In this document: piece after piece, positions 51,519 to 64,000 of the stretch | Layout of the letters: each line of letters begins with the position of its first letter | Numbering within the stretch: position 1 is the first letter of the stretch | Origin: Octopus sinensis | Taxonomy: Eukaryota | DNA length: 64,000 nucleotides | Reading direction: 5' to 3' | NCBI RefSeq assembly: GCF_006345805.1 | Contig: NC_043000.1 | Span: 104,408,001 to 104,472,000, forward strand | Translations under genes and position numbers: made by a program | The notes under the pieces: generated by a model | Seen by the model: only the letters and a program-made list of their open reading frames with translations | What the model was told of the DNA's origin: nothing | Database searches by the model: none

Positions 51519-52762
51519 CTCTATATCACAGACATGGCAATGTTTTTAAGAAGCTTGTTTTGGCTTCCATCATTTTGGGTTCCATTCCACTTGGGCAATT
51601 TTTCTTTGGAGTTTTGTTGTGATTATAGACAGAGCAGTTACTTCTACATTGCTTTAGTTCATGTAATTATTGAGAATGTTCTGGAGAATGTTACATATAA
51701 TATAGTGGTGTCACATACAAAGGAAGATTTAGATTTACCTCTCATCTTCTCCACCATGTAACTGGAGATTAGCACCTGCCCATAAAAGCCCATAAAACAT
51801 TTAGGAATCATTTCAATATTTTGACATATTGCACATCAGCCTGTAAGCTAATGGTTGTTATGGAGGTGCAGTGTATCAGTCAAGACATATTATACCTACT
51901 TATTTAATGAAGCTCACGAGTTTGGCTAAATTTGTGTCCTGTGTGGAGAAGTGGAGTCTGATGTTTTGAGACTGAACCTTCATCTGACAGGAAAAATAAT
52001 GTAATGAAAGGCTACGATAGCAGAAAATATCAATGAGGGAAAAGACATTTATTTTGAGTGAATTGGTTCTTGTGTGTCTGTAAGAGATGTGTAGTACAGC
52101 AATGATAGTGATTGTGGAAGTAGTAGAATTTCATAGACAAAGTTGAGTGTTGTAAGTCCCTGCAGCCATTGATCTTGACTCTGTTATGACCACTGACCAG
52201 GTATCAGGCACACTATATATAGCCAATGTCAGTCAAAGAAAAGGTGCCAAAGACAAAATTGTTAATGACAGTCCCATATATTGTTTATATATATTGTTTG
52301 CATCTAAACACAATGATTTTTGGTTTGATTCCTAGGAAGTGAATTGGTATTTGGGACTCTGCTAATATTCCTGCTACAGTACCATCTGGTTGATGAACAC
52401 TATCTCTTGTGACTTCATTGACAAGTGCTCACTACTGTGATCTGCTTTAGGTAGTCTGACAGCAAATTTTATATAGAATAGCTACTCAGTCACTGTTATC
52501 AGCTCACTGCCAACATAGAATCTCATGCTGATGCTTACCAACAGTAGTATCAAGTATGATGGTTCACTTGAGACTGAGGAATGGCTGGTGGCAGTAGTTA
52601 TGGCCAAAGTATGTTAGTTTCTGTTTGTGCACAGTGTTTAACAGGCTGGAAAGCTATTGCTATGGCAATGATAAATTCCTTTCTTAAATGTAGACTTGAA
52701 AATTTGAACAAATTATGTGATGGTTTGATATAACTTTCTTTTTATTTTAATTAATTATTCAG

Positions 52763-52818
52763 GCTTTCAGTATCATGGGACCTCTACCACACAACCACAA
52801 AAAGAATACGCATTCGAG
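52763..52818 (+). CDS. ADHFE1: ADHFE1 exon 3 (FQYHGTSTTQPQKEYAFE)
   Basis: ttattcag acceptor, GAG|gtaaaa donor. The YAFE motif immediately precedes the conserved MA.S..RYG exon. Confidence 0.85.
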
Positions 52819-54094
52819 GTAAAAATTTTTTTGTTTCTTTGTTGACTTTTTTTGTTTATTGGTCTTCTCTCTCCATCACTACCACTAATACAATCATATC
52901 TGCCACTGCTACCCCCCACCCTCACTACCACCATCATTACCACTGCACCCACCATAATAACCACTTTTTTGAGTAGCACAAACATCTTTCTTTTTTTTCT
53001 TTATGAGAATGGGGCTGGTGCAAGTCTAATAGAATAAATACCATTACTATTCTGGAGTTGGTTCAATTGTCTATAAGCCTTTGTCTACAAAAATTGTGAG
53101 CTGGATGAATCAATAGAGTGTCATGCTAAATGTTTTGCAGTATTTCATCTGGCTCTTTGATTCTGAGTTCAAATCCTACCCAAGTCAATTTTGCCTTTCA
53201 CTCTTTTGGGGTCAGTAAAATGAAGTACCTGTGTAGGATTGAAGTCAAGGGTATCAACTTACCCACTCCCTTCAGAATTACTGGCTGTTTAGAAAATGTT
53301 GAAGATGCAGAAGTAGGAGGAGGAGGAGAAGAAAAAGAAGAAGAAGCAAATGAACATCACTGTCAGGACTCATGAAAAAGTACTTTTATTAAGATTATTT
53401 AATAGAAAATTGGGCTTTTTTATACCAACAAAAGGTTTTGAATATTTAAAAGTACACACAAGGTGGAAATGATGGTGTGTCCTGAGCCATTTTATTTTGC
53501 TTTGTTTATTAGTAATTCAACATGTTCAACTCTGTTATAGTGGAAGAAGGTTGGTAGGCTTGCAGGATGTAGTAGTACTGAACATGCCACCCCAAAATCT
53601 TTGCCCTGAAGATCACTCAGCTTCTCTGGTGTTGTACCCAATTGTGGGAGCAAAGAGGAAATCAATCAGACTGATGGGGTTAGAAAAGCTGGTTAAAAGA
53701 AGTAGGCCAAGGTTGGCAACAGCAGAGGCTGTAACTACACCAGCAGGTTCTGAGACGAAGACCATATCTGCAGCCACTGGTCTCAAGTCCAAGGATAATC
53801 AGAGTGGAATTTATCTTCAGTGCCATTTTTACTGATCACCACTGCCACCACTCTTCAACCCCCGGGACTTTTGATTTAGGCCATTGTGAAGCCAAGAGAT
53901 TTTATCCTGTTACACAAAATTGGTGAGAGGTTCCCAGCAGCAGTTTTATTCCATGAATTTTGTGATGATGGAAAAGTGATAGTGACTGGAGAAAGGTAAA
54001 AAACCATCAGGAACAGTAAAAAAAGTGACAAAAGAGGGGAAAACAAAAACAAAAATGAGTCCAAATTGAAGACCTATGTTAGAAATTATTATTA

Positions 54095-54550
54095 TTCTTA
54101 AGGTGGTGGGCTGGCAGAATTGTTAGAATGCCACACAAAATGTTTAGAAGCATTTTGTCTATCTTTACATTCTGAGTTCAAATTCTGTTGAGGTTGACTT
54201 TGCTTTTCATCCTTTTAGGGTCAATGAAATAAGTACCAGTTAAGCACTGGAGTTGATGTAATTGACTATCCCCTTACCAGGCCTTGTGCCTTTAGCAGAA
54301 AAAATTATTAATATTAAAATGGTGAGCTGACTAAATCAGTAACATACTTGACAAAATGCTTAGTGGCATTCTTGTGGCTTTATGTTCAAATTTTGTCAAA
54401 GTTAACTTTGTTTTTCACCCTTTCAGGGCTGATGAAATAAGTATCAATTAAGCACTGGGGTTAATGTAATCAACCATCCGACCACTCACAAAAAAGAAAA
54501 AAAGAAAAATTCAGGCCTTGTGCCTGTTTTAGAAAGGATTATTATTATTA
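54095..54550 (+). mobile_element. Two head-to-tail SINE family B copies
   Basis: Family B core twice, each ending CAGGCCTTGTGCCT...A(A/G)(A/G)ATTATTA. Confidence 0.75.
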
Positions 54551-54569
54551 TTGGATTGATGGAATCTGC

Positions 54570-54845
54570 TTAGATGAGATGCAGTTCGGTTTTGTTCCCG
54601 GGTAGAAGCACCACTGATGCCATATTCCTGGTTCGACAACTGCAGGAGAAATACCTAGATAAAGATAAACCTCTCTACTTGGCTTTCGTGGACTTGGAGA
54701 AAGCCTTTGATAGGGTCCCCCGATCCCTTATCTGGTGGGCAATATGGAAACTGGAGATTGATGAATGGTTAATAAGGGCTGTACAGGCCCTATACAGAGA
54801 GGCCGTTAGTAAGGTTAGGATTGGCAATGAGTATAGTGAAGAATA
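54570..54845 (+). mobile_element. RTE reverse transcriptase fragment
   Basis: LDEMQFGFVPGRSTTDAIFLVRQLQEKYLDKDKPLYLAFVDLEKAFDRVPR. Confidence 0.9.
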
Positions 54846-56094
54846 TACCTCAGTATATTTTTCTGGTTGAGAATCTGGCATTGTCTTCATATTTTTTAAC
54901 AATTTTTTAACCATTATTTCTCAAATCATTTTGAAGAATGTTTCTATTTCTTATTTCTTGTGGATTTGAGTGACTCTTTAAATTGTTAGTGTATTTCCCC
55001 ATAGAATTGTTTCTAGTTACATTTTCTGTTGAATATTTCTTCTGCTTATATAACCTTCTATTTATGCTAAAGCTTGTCCTTGTTTGGACTGTGTATCTTA
55101 TATCATGTTTCTTGAACAATGTTTTTGAAAATGTTGTTTCTACATTTTTCTTTAGATTCTATTTTTAGCTTATTTCAGTTTATAATAAGAATTTCCATGT
55201 TGAATTTTTGTGTTTAACATCTAAAAAACATTTTTGTAGTCTTGTGTACTTGCAAGTAAAATAAATAAATATCATAATTTTATACACACACATGCATGCA
55301 CACACACACACACATTCACACACACACACTCACGCACACAAACACACACACACACACACGCACACATTGTTTTTATGTTGTTATGATAAGAACAATTTTA
55401 CATTAGTCTGATCAGTTACTCCATACTTTTATAGAGTACAAATATATAATTCTTACACACACATATTATTGACAGTGACTTCAAAGTTCCAGGCAGCTAA
55501 GCCATCATTGGACTGCAGCCTAGCTGGCTAAAACTTCGACGTCACTGTCAACAACATTCTTGTGTAAGAATCTCTGTCTCTCTCTCTTTCTTTATATAAA
55601 TAAATAAATAAATAAATAAATAGATCAAAGGTTCTTCCTGAGTCATGAGACCAGTTTCCCAGATTCTGTGGTGTATATATTCTCTCCTTAGATGGGATGC
55701 CAGTCCATCACAGGATTACTCATTTTTGCCAGCTGAGTGGACTGGAATAATCCCTGGTTTAGGAACCAAAAGTACAATCATAAGATTGCAATATCCTAAC
55801 CATTAAACCATGTATCTCCCCATATGGGTGGTGCATTGTGTTCTTGTGCAAAACACCTTATACACTGTGCACCTTTTCAGTTTATGTCAATTTTTTCATC
55901 AAATTGACATAAACTGAAAAGGTGCACTCTGATGTACACTCTGTACTGTACAATTTGATCTACAGTACAGAGCTAATGTACAGTACACATTTGATCAGTT
56001 TTAATACATGCATGCATGCACACACACACACACACACACACACACTAATTCTTATTCTTATTATTAGTAAATTTGGGATTCTCCTGTTTTACAG

Positions 56095-56148
56095 ATGGCG
56101 TGTTCTTCAGTTCGTTATGGAGAAGGTGCTACACAAGAAGTAGGTAAA
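56095..56148 (+). CDS. ADHFE1: ADHFE1 exon 4 (MACSSVRYGEGATQEVGK)
   Basis: ttttacag acceptor, gtaagt donor, 54 nt; homologous to vertebrate MAVSNIRYG...EVG. Confidence 0.92.
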
Positions 56149-56527
56149 GTAAGTATAGAATACTTTATTTCTCTCTGTCTCCCTAGATGTGTGTGTATGT
56201 GTATGTACATGTTTATCCCATGCTAGAATGGAAAAAATGGATGTAATAATAAACAAATGTGCCCCAGCATGGCCACAGCTCATAAGCTGAAACTAGAATC
56301 AATCAATACCTTGTAGTATCTTTGGTAAGTGTCTTTTACCTTATTCTCAAGTTGACCCAGGCCTTGTTAGTGGAACTGGATTGATGAAAACTGAGCAGAA
56401 CCCCATTGGATGACTTGCACCTATAATTCAAATGATTTGTCTTGTTACACAATGTGTCATGCTAATTCTGTGAGATGGTTATGTTCAGGATACAGATGTC
56501 TATATGTGTGTATGTATGCATGTATGT

Positions 56528-56569
<42 letters not shown>

Positions 56570-56879
56570 TCATGTGTATATAAATATATTTTCCATGTTT
56601 ATTTGTATTTGTGTATTGAGAACACATGGCCTAGTGGTTGGGTGTTGAACTCATGATTGCAAGATTGTGGTTTCTATTCCTGGACTGGGTGGTGCATTAT
56701 GTTCTTGTGCAAAACATGTTATACACTGTGCACCTTTTCAGGTAATGTCAGTTTGATGGCGAGAGTGAGCTAATGTACAGTTCACACTTGATCAGTATTA
56801 ATAAATCACTTGTGCAACTTGTAAAAACTGAACACTTATATGTCATCTTTGATTGAGGATTCCATCATACACATATATA

Positions 56880-57700
56880 TATCTCATCATCTTTAACATA
56901 CATCTTCTATGCTGGAGAACTGCACCAGGTTCCAATTTGATTTGGCATGATTTTTATGGTTGGATGCCTTTCCTAATGTCAACCACTTTACAAAGTGTGT
57001 TGGGTTCATTTTAGGTGACACTGACATGGGTGCCAGTTACATAATACCAGCATCAGCCATGACTATGATCTCATTTGGCTTGACATCTGTCACTACTGCC
57101 ATGAAGCCCAATGCTTGAACAGTACTTTTTACATGCCACCAGCACAGGTGCCGACACTGGTTTCAGCTATGATTATGATTTCACTTGGCTTAACAGGTTT
57201 TCTCAAGCACAGCATATTGCCTAACGTTTGAAGTGTGCTTTTTATGTGCCAGTTATGTGACACTGGCATCAGCCATGACCACGATCTCACCTGATTTGAT
57301 GGGTCTTCTCAAGCATGGCTTTTTGCCAAAGGTCTTGGTCATGTGTCATTGCTTCAGTGAGGCCCAACGTTCAAAGATCATGCTTCACTACCTTGTCCTA
57401 TGTCTTCCTGGGTCTACCTCATCCACTGTTAGAGTGTGGAACTTCTTCACCCTGCTGTCCTTGTCCATATGCATCACATGACCATACCAGTGCAGTCATC
57501 TCTCTTGCACACCACATCTGTTGCCTCGTATGCTCAACTTTCCTCTCAAGATGCTGTCGTGCATGCACGCTGACATTTCACATCCAGCGAAGCATGCTAG
57601 CTTCATTTCTCGGCAGTCACAACCCATGTTCCACTGCCCTGTAGCATGGCTGCTTGCACACAGGCATCATACAATCTGCCTTTCAATATTGCTGAATGGT
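56880..57700 (-). mobile_element. RTE LINE 3' fragment
   Basis: LKGRLYDACVQAAMLQGSGTW... followed by C-terminal remnants and the family tail. Confidence 0.8.
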
Positions 57701-57849
57701 AAAGAAGTTCACTTTGCATTTGTGAGTGAATTTCTGTGTTTAATCTCAGTGTGTGGCATTTCAGCAAGTGTCTTTTACCATTGCCATAGGTCAACCCAAG
57801 CCCTATGAGTTAAACTGGGGAAACATGCATAAGATCTGGACATGCATAA

Positions 57850-58322
57850 GATCTGATCATCAAATCTAAGTAGAGACTTCAAACTTGAAATCTTCAAAGC
57901 CACAGTCGAACCAATTCTACTATATGGCTCAGAAACCTGGACGTTATCAAAGAAGCTTGAGAGGCAGTTGGATGGAACCTACACTCGCCTCCTTATAAGA
58001 GCTCAAAATCTCTTGTGGAAGCGTCATCCAACCAAAATGCAAATATATGGGAAATACCACCTGTGTCATCTCTAGTGAAAGGTAGGAGAGTCCAGTTTGC
58101 TGGACATTGTTGTAGCGCTGAAAACGAGGAAATTTCTACGCTTCTCCTCTGGAAGCCATCTACTCGCAATACCAGAGGGTGCACACTCTCCTACCCTGAC
58201 GTAATCTCCAGGGATACAGGCATCCAGCAACAGGACCTCTGTAATGCTATGATGGACTGTGAAGTCTAGCGTAGCATGGTAAATTCCATTGTCTCGACCA
58301 CGGTCGAACAATGATGATGATG
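57850..58322 (+). mobile_element. RTE-X-like LINE 3' end
   Basis: KLEIFKATVEPILLYGSETWTLSKKLERQLDGTYTRLL...RRVQFAGHC...LLLWKP, ending (ATG)n. Confidence 0.8.
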
Positions 58323-58558
58323 GGGAAACAAAATCCATGCTGAGGCCTAACAAAACTATATAGCATTGTCATACATTGTGTTATGTTGATTCTGCTTGAG
58401 GATTACATGCTTCTGTGGAATGCTCAACCATATGTATTTTAATTCAGGAAGCAGATAACTCAGTTGATTGAACACAACTGAATCTTCATCATTGAAACAG
58501 ACAGAAATCTATTTACTTACATGCACGTATGCACACACACACATGTGTGTGCGCTCCC

Positions 58559-58560
<2 letters not shown>

Positions 58561-58614
<54 letters not shown>
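58561..58614. repeat. Perfect (AG)27 microsatellite
   Basis: Direct reading. Many TA, CA and TG microsatellites elsewhere (for example about 18625, 31599, 39530, 56530). Confidence 0.95.
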
Positions 58615-58619
<5 letters not shown>

Positions 58620-59856
58620 AATAGCTGCAGTGAATGCATAGCAGTTAGGGCAAGAAAAAGTGAAAGACTTTGAGTTAACTGTAACTTAAGGACAACAGTT
58701 ATGACAATGAGTGTTTCAACCTTACAACCTGCTTGTAAAATTAATGAGCAAGTCGCTGAGCACTCCTCAGACATGCATATCTTTAACATAGTTTTCAGAA
58801 TCACACAGAAAAGGATAAGATTGGCCTTTTGAATTACAGGTACAGCTCACTTTTGCCAGTTGAATGAACTAGAGCAACAAGAAATAAAGTATCTTGCTCA
58901 AGGGCACAATGCACTACTGGAAATTGAACTGACAACCTTAGGATCATGAGCTGAATACCCTAACCGCTAATCGACATACCTTCACTGTTGGCAACAAAGT
59001 ATTTCTCCGACAGTACTAAAAGGAAGACTACATACATAAGGAGTATGATGCAGCATTGATAGTGAGATATTAGTATAGGATAGAGGAACTCTATAGGGTT
59101 GGAGTTAAATGAGTCAGTTGTACTCTGTTGGGTGTGTAATATTCACTTCCATGAAAGATAATGAGGTCATATCTTATAATGATACAGGGTCAAGATGATG
59201 TCAGTCTACTGTACTGCAGATCTGTCTATCCCACGTGAGTGTGGAAAACTAAATGCCAGTCAGGGAACTGCTTCTAAATAGTCTCATGACTTGATAGAAA
59301 TAGCTGCCCAAACTCCTTCAAATCACACTATTGTTTTAATATAGGACAGTTAAATAACGTAATCCAACATACCCCTAAAAGGATGGAATAATCAGTGCTG
59401 GAATACTTTTGATCATAAGCCTGCTCAATTAGGGTGAATCAGGGTTAAACAACAACAATAACAAACATTAATATGTAGATGATTATGATTATGTAAATCC
59501 ATTTTAAAATTCAATGTGTTTGTATTTAATAATGTGTACTGTTGTTGTTTAGTCCCAGATTAGCTCTCATTGAGTTGATCCTATGATCAAAGGCATTCCA
59601 AATAACACCATACTGCCATTTTATAGATATCTGTTGCAACATTATCCAGTTTGTCTGCTTATTCAAAGTGGGAGGGTGAAATTTGAAGCAGATTTGGCTG
59701 CTAATTGCAGCTGGCTATGCAACTACATAGAAACTCTTGTTGTTTTGGTGTCTCTGCTGTTTGATGTAGTGAGTTGTCTAACTTGTATTTGATCATCATG
59801 TTGGTGACATAGTTATGTTAATTAATGTACAATAATGTTATGCAATTATTTTGTAG

Positions 59857-60011
59857 GACTTCCGCAATTTAGGTTCCAAGCTGATATGTGTGATGACAGA
59901 TAAAGGTGTTTTGAAAACACGAGCTGTGAAAGTAGCACTTCAGTCACTGGAGGATCAAAACCTGAAATACAAGTTATTCACAGATGTAAAAGTGGAACCA
60001 TCTGATGAAAG
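59857..60011 (+). CDS. ADHFE1: ADHFE1 exon 5
   Basis: DFRNLGSKLICVMTDK...FTDVKVEPSDE; tttgtag / gtaaga; 155 nt. Confidence 0.93.
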
Positions 60012-61179
60012 GTAAGATAGGCAAGCTTTAGATATAATTCTATAAACAAATGATCAGTTCTAGTACAGCTAGTGTCAACTAATTAATTCTTTTTTGAAGA
60101 TGAAAGCTAATCTTACAACATTTGATATCAACAGCAAACCCATGGATTTGGTGTTGGTATTAAAGTGGGTGATGTATTAAGTCTTACTATCCAAGAACAG
60201 GAATATTTCCTCTGACAGGCTTTCACACAATTCCCAACTACCAAATTACATTCACAAAGCTTTGGTCAGCTTGAGTCTATAAGGTACAACACAATGGAAT
60301 TGAAATTATTTAGTTACAAACACTTAACCATAAAGTGTACACATACACTTCTATCTAAGTGAGTAATATATGTGAGTAATGATGTATTTGACAAGAATAT
60401 AGAAATAAAAGTTGCCTTATGTTAATATGTATCTGTATATTGTTTTGTAGCCACAACCAATTCAGATCAAATAATCCTTTTGATATGCATATAGTTGGCT
60501 TAATACTATATCATGTCTCCACCTTGTTGAAGATCATACTGCACATGCTGATATGCTGTGATGAATGTTATGGAGAGCAATATGACAGCTTGAATATGTT
60601 ACACACTCACCACTATCCATTTATTCTTGATGCTTACAGATTATGGTAGTGGCTACCATAAAAGCAGGTAAGGTAAGCTCAATCGGAACATGAAAGTTGA
60701 TATAGTTTATTCCTATTTATACTGTCTGAATAAAAAAAATGGATAGTCATGGTTGGAATACTTTCAGTCAGGACTGATGTGGAACTAAAGGAATAAACAG
60801 TACCTGCCTAATTCTATAGAACTCTCAATTCATAAAAAACTTCCCCTGATCACTATAGATGCTTTAGGTCTGTCATGCCCTTTTCACTGACTTTGCATGG
60901 AGATATACGGTGGTGGTTGTGGTTTCCATGTTGGTGTAGACTGAACAGATTAAAAATACAGAATCTCAGCACATATCTCTTTCCTATGAAAGTAATGTTC
61001 CCAGATCTTATGTATTTCTTCTGTGTGCTTCTGTTGAATGTACACTTTACTATCAACCTAAATCTACAAGGGTTGGCAAGAGGAAGGATATCTGGTCATA
61101 AAAAATCTGCTTCAACAAATTCCATCCAAGCATTACAAGTGGATGTTAAAGAATGATGATGATATGTATATAATTTCAG

Positions 61180-61376
61180 CTTTAAAACAGCCATAGACTT
61201 TGTGAAGCAAGACAACTTCGATGCCTTCCTTGCGATTGGTGGTGGTTCTACTATGGACACATGTAAAGCTGCCAACTTGTACTCATCTGATCCATCAGCA
61301 GACTTCCTAGACTATGTCAATGCTCCAATTGGCAAAGGTCTCCCTATTACCATATCTGTAAAACCCCTTATTGCAA
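61180..61376 (+). CDS. ADHFE1: ADHFE1 exon 6 (GGGS nucleotide-binding motif)
   Basis: [22 protein letters not shown]...[13 protein letters not shown]...KPLIA; tttcag / gtaagc; 197 nt. Confidence 0.97.
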
Positions 61377-61507
61377 GTAAGCCAACATTTTTGTGTCAAT
61401 TTTAATTAAAATTTTATATTTATTTTTAGTTTATAAAAAAATGCTCTCTTATGATTTAGCTTTTTGTGACAGAACTGACTGTGTCATGTGGTGTTTATTT
61501 CTTTCAG

Positions 61508-61585
61508 TACCAACTACCACAGGAACAGGCAGTGAAACAACAGGCACAGCTGTGTTTGGATTTGATAAACTAAAGGCTAAAACTG
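61508..61585 (+). CDS. ADHFE1: ADHFE1 exon 7
   Basis: IPTTTGTGSETTG Fe-ADH signature; ctttcag / gtaagt; 78 nt. Confidence 0.97.
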
Positions 61586-62161
61586 GTAAGTTGTTACTCA
61601 TCTTGTTATGGTTGTTATCCTTATCAAGTAAACCTATGACTTGTAGGTAATTGGTCAATCAGCTTTGTATGATCCACACATCCACTGCACTAGATATAAC
61701 AAACCTCTGCCTAGTTGAGAACTGTATTGTTACTGAAAAGTGTATTTGGGATTATATTATGTAATGCATTCATCCTTTTCTAAAGATGGAAGGTTGTGTA
61801 TTGAAGGACACTTGGTTATTTAAATGCATGTTTGAGTGAATTTGGATGTGAGAAGACTGTCCACTGTGATAATAGTTCTGGAGAAAATGTTCTTCCTCTT
61901 GAACATGTTTGAAAACACATATTGGGCTGTGAATGATGTCATGGATTGTATGATGCATACAGTCCCTTGATCCATTGGATCCTGTCAAACCATTCAACCC
62001 ATGCCAGCATGCATCTATATGTAAGGACAAACAGATGCGCACTCACACATGCACGCATGCATGCACACACACACACACAAACACACACACACAGAGTTAT
62101 AATTACTGGAGAGTTTTCTAAAAACAGACTTTTTTCTCTCCTGCCTTTATTTATCTTGTAG

Positions 62162-62267
62162 GTATTTCCAATCGCTCTTTGCGACCAACATTAGGGATTT
62201 TGGATCCATTGAATGTGGTATCTCAGCCAGAACGTGTTGTTGCATACAGTGGCCTTGATATTCTGGG
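62162..62267 (+). CDS. ADHFE1: ADHFE1 exon 8
   Basis: GISNRSLRPTLGILDPLNVVSQPERVVAYSGLDIL; cttgtag / gtaagt; 106 nt. Confidence 0.95.
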
Positions 62268-62631
62268 GTAAGTCTAGTTGCCAAAGTGTAAAATTTCCTT
62301 TCTTTGACATGATTTTCAATTTCTCTTGTGTCCCAGTCTTTAGGACATAGAACTATCTACTTAGGGACATAGCTAAGCAGGTAGCATGCTAGACTAACAG
62401 CACATGATTTGTGAGTTCAAATTCCATGCAGAACTACAATCATTGTATAATATTTCTGAGTTTGACACTTTATTCTACATACCTCACTTCACCTAACTAT
62501 TAGGATTAGATACCAGGATGTTTGGGAAAATTGCATCTTATAGACTGGTGTCTCTTTCAGGAGATGTTCCTCATAACCATTATGCTTCACTATGTTATTT
62601 CTTCATCAGTAATTTTGTTTCTATATTTCAG

Positions 62632-62784
62632 TCATGCATTAGAATCTTACACAGCCCTACCTTATTATGAAAGAGCTCCTAGAGCAAGCAGTCCTGAACT
62701 TCGGCCAGCTTACCAAGGCAGTAACCCTATTAGTGATGTTTGGTCCCAAGCTGCACTTCAGGTGTGTGATAAATATCTTCAAAG
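62632..62784 (+). CDS. ADHFE1: ADHFE1 exon 9 (gene continues beyond window)
   Basis: [11 protein letters not shown]...[14 protein letters not shown]; atttcag / gtaagt; 153 nt. [12 protein letters not shown] is diagnostic of the HOT subfamily. Confidence 0.97.
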
Positions 62785-63392
62785 GTAAGTATCGTCAACA
62801 CTTTATTTACTTCTATCATTTATTTATTTAAATTGTAAAGAAACAAACAATATAATGTTGAGAGGACTCATTAATCTTGCATAGAACATGTCAAACTTTA
62901 TAGTTCTGATGTCACAAATAATTCACCCTGTGTACTCTGTAAATTAGGAAGGGAATTCAGCTGTAGAATTTATATTTGAAACTGAACAGACAAATGACCA
63001 TGGTCTACTGACTTGACTAGGAGAGCAGTAACTCTGAGTAAGAACTAAATTGGACAGTGATGACCTGTCTAAGTGGTGTCAGCATGGAGAGTGGATAAAA
63101 TAATGATGATGATGATAATGATGGTAGTGATGATTATGCCTTTTCTGTTTTATTCTGCTGTTTAAATATATTCAGTAATTTTAAAAATATTTTATAAATA
63201 GTTGTTTTCAGTGAATGAGTTAATGTTATATAACTTGACTAAATAGATTAGTAGTATTGATGAGATTATAACTGTTAGATTTTAATTAATCTCATCTTTA
63301 ATGTTGAAAGATTTTTTAAACATTTACATCTACACTGTGCTTCAACCAGTTTGACCTTTGGTTGTCATTGGGTATGTTATTTCTGGATATAT

Positions 63393-63434
<42 letters not shown>

Positions 63435-64000
63435 GCACCAGAGTAGCTTTGAGTTAGGAACCTTTATTTATCTACTAGGTCACTGACAAATGTATGTCTA
63501 TCAGTCAGGCCCTGAAGATAGCTAAGGATAAGATACCTCATAAGAAAAAGAGAAAACTAATTGAAACTTACTGTAATATAAATATAAATATGGCTGTGTG
63601 GTTAGGAAGCTTACTTCCTAGACACATGGTTTTAGGTTCAGTCCCATTGCATGGCAAATTGGGCGTCTTCTGCTATAACCTTGGGCTGACCAAAGCCTTG
63701 TGATTGAATTTGGTAGGCAGAAGTTAGCGTTGTGTGTGTCAGTGCTTGTGCCTCCTAAAAGCTTCATACACTGGTATATCTTGGTTTTAGAATTGGTATA
63801 CTGGTTCCAAAGCAAACTTCTCAAACACAGTCATACTTGTGCATTGAATATATTCATTACTACTTAATATTGAACATGTTCTAATATGTTCAGAAAGCTA
63901 GTGCAAGTTAGGTATTTAAGTGATATACTAGATGGATACTGTATGTACCAAGTATGTACCAAACTCATGAAATTTTACAGTTTTTTTCCAAACTTTTAAT

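Noticed and set aside
52771-52818. Alternative acceptor 8 nt inside ADHFE1 exon 3
   Set aside because: It would need a phase 0 upstream exon, incompatible with the exon 1-2 frame.
53497-53935. 112 aa ORF and GC-richer patch
   Set aside because: No splice or homology support; probably an old LINE remnant that I cannot classify.

Overview
AT-rich, microsatellite- and repeat-dense eukaryotic genomic DNA. The SINE/RTE/Penelope repeat landscape suggests a coleoid cephalopod such as Octopus (inference). Most listed six-frame ORFs are microsatellite or repeat artefacts. The main gene is a + strand ADHFE1 (hydroxyacid-oxoacid transhydrogenase, Fe-ADH family): nine reconstructable coding exons from 23465 to 62784, continuing beyond the window, with introns 1 and 2 of about 17 and 12 kb. 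Head-to-head with it is an unidentified - strand gene (exons 21006-20693, 17883-17855, 17777-17731). The rest is tRNA-derived SINEs, RTE LINE fragments, Penelope-like (PLE) remnants, Tc1/mariner, hAT and piggyBac MITEs, a solo LTR and long palindromes. The most notable signal is three near-intact minimal type I hammerhead ribozymes in ADHFE1 intron 1. One is sense to the pre-mRNA and embedded in a 1.3 kb fold-back; further decayed copies lie upstream. Coordinates of old repeats are approximate. Nothing was database-searched.
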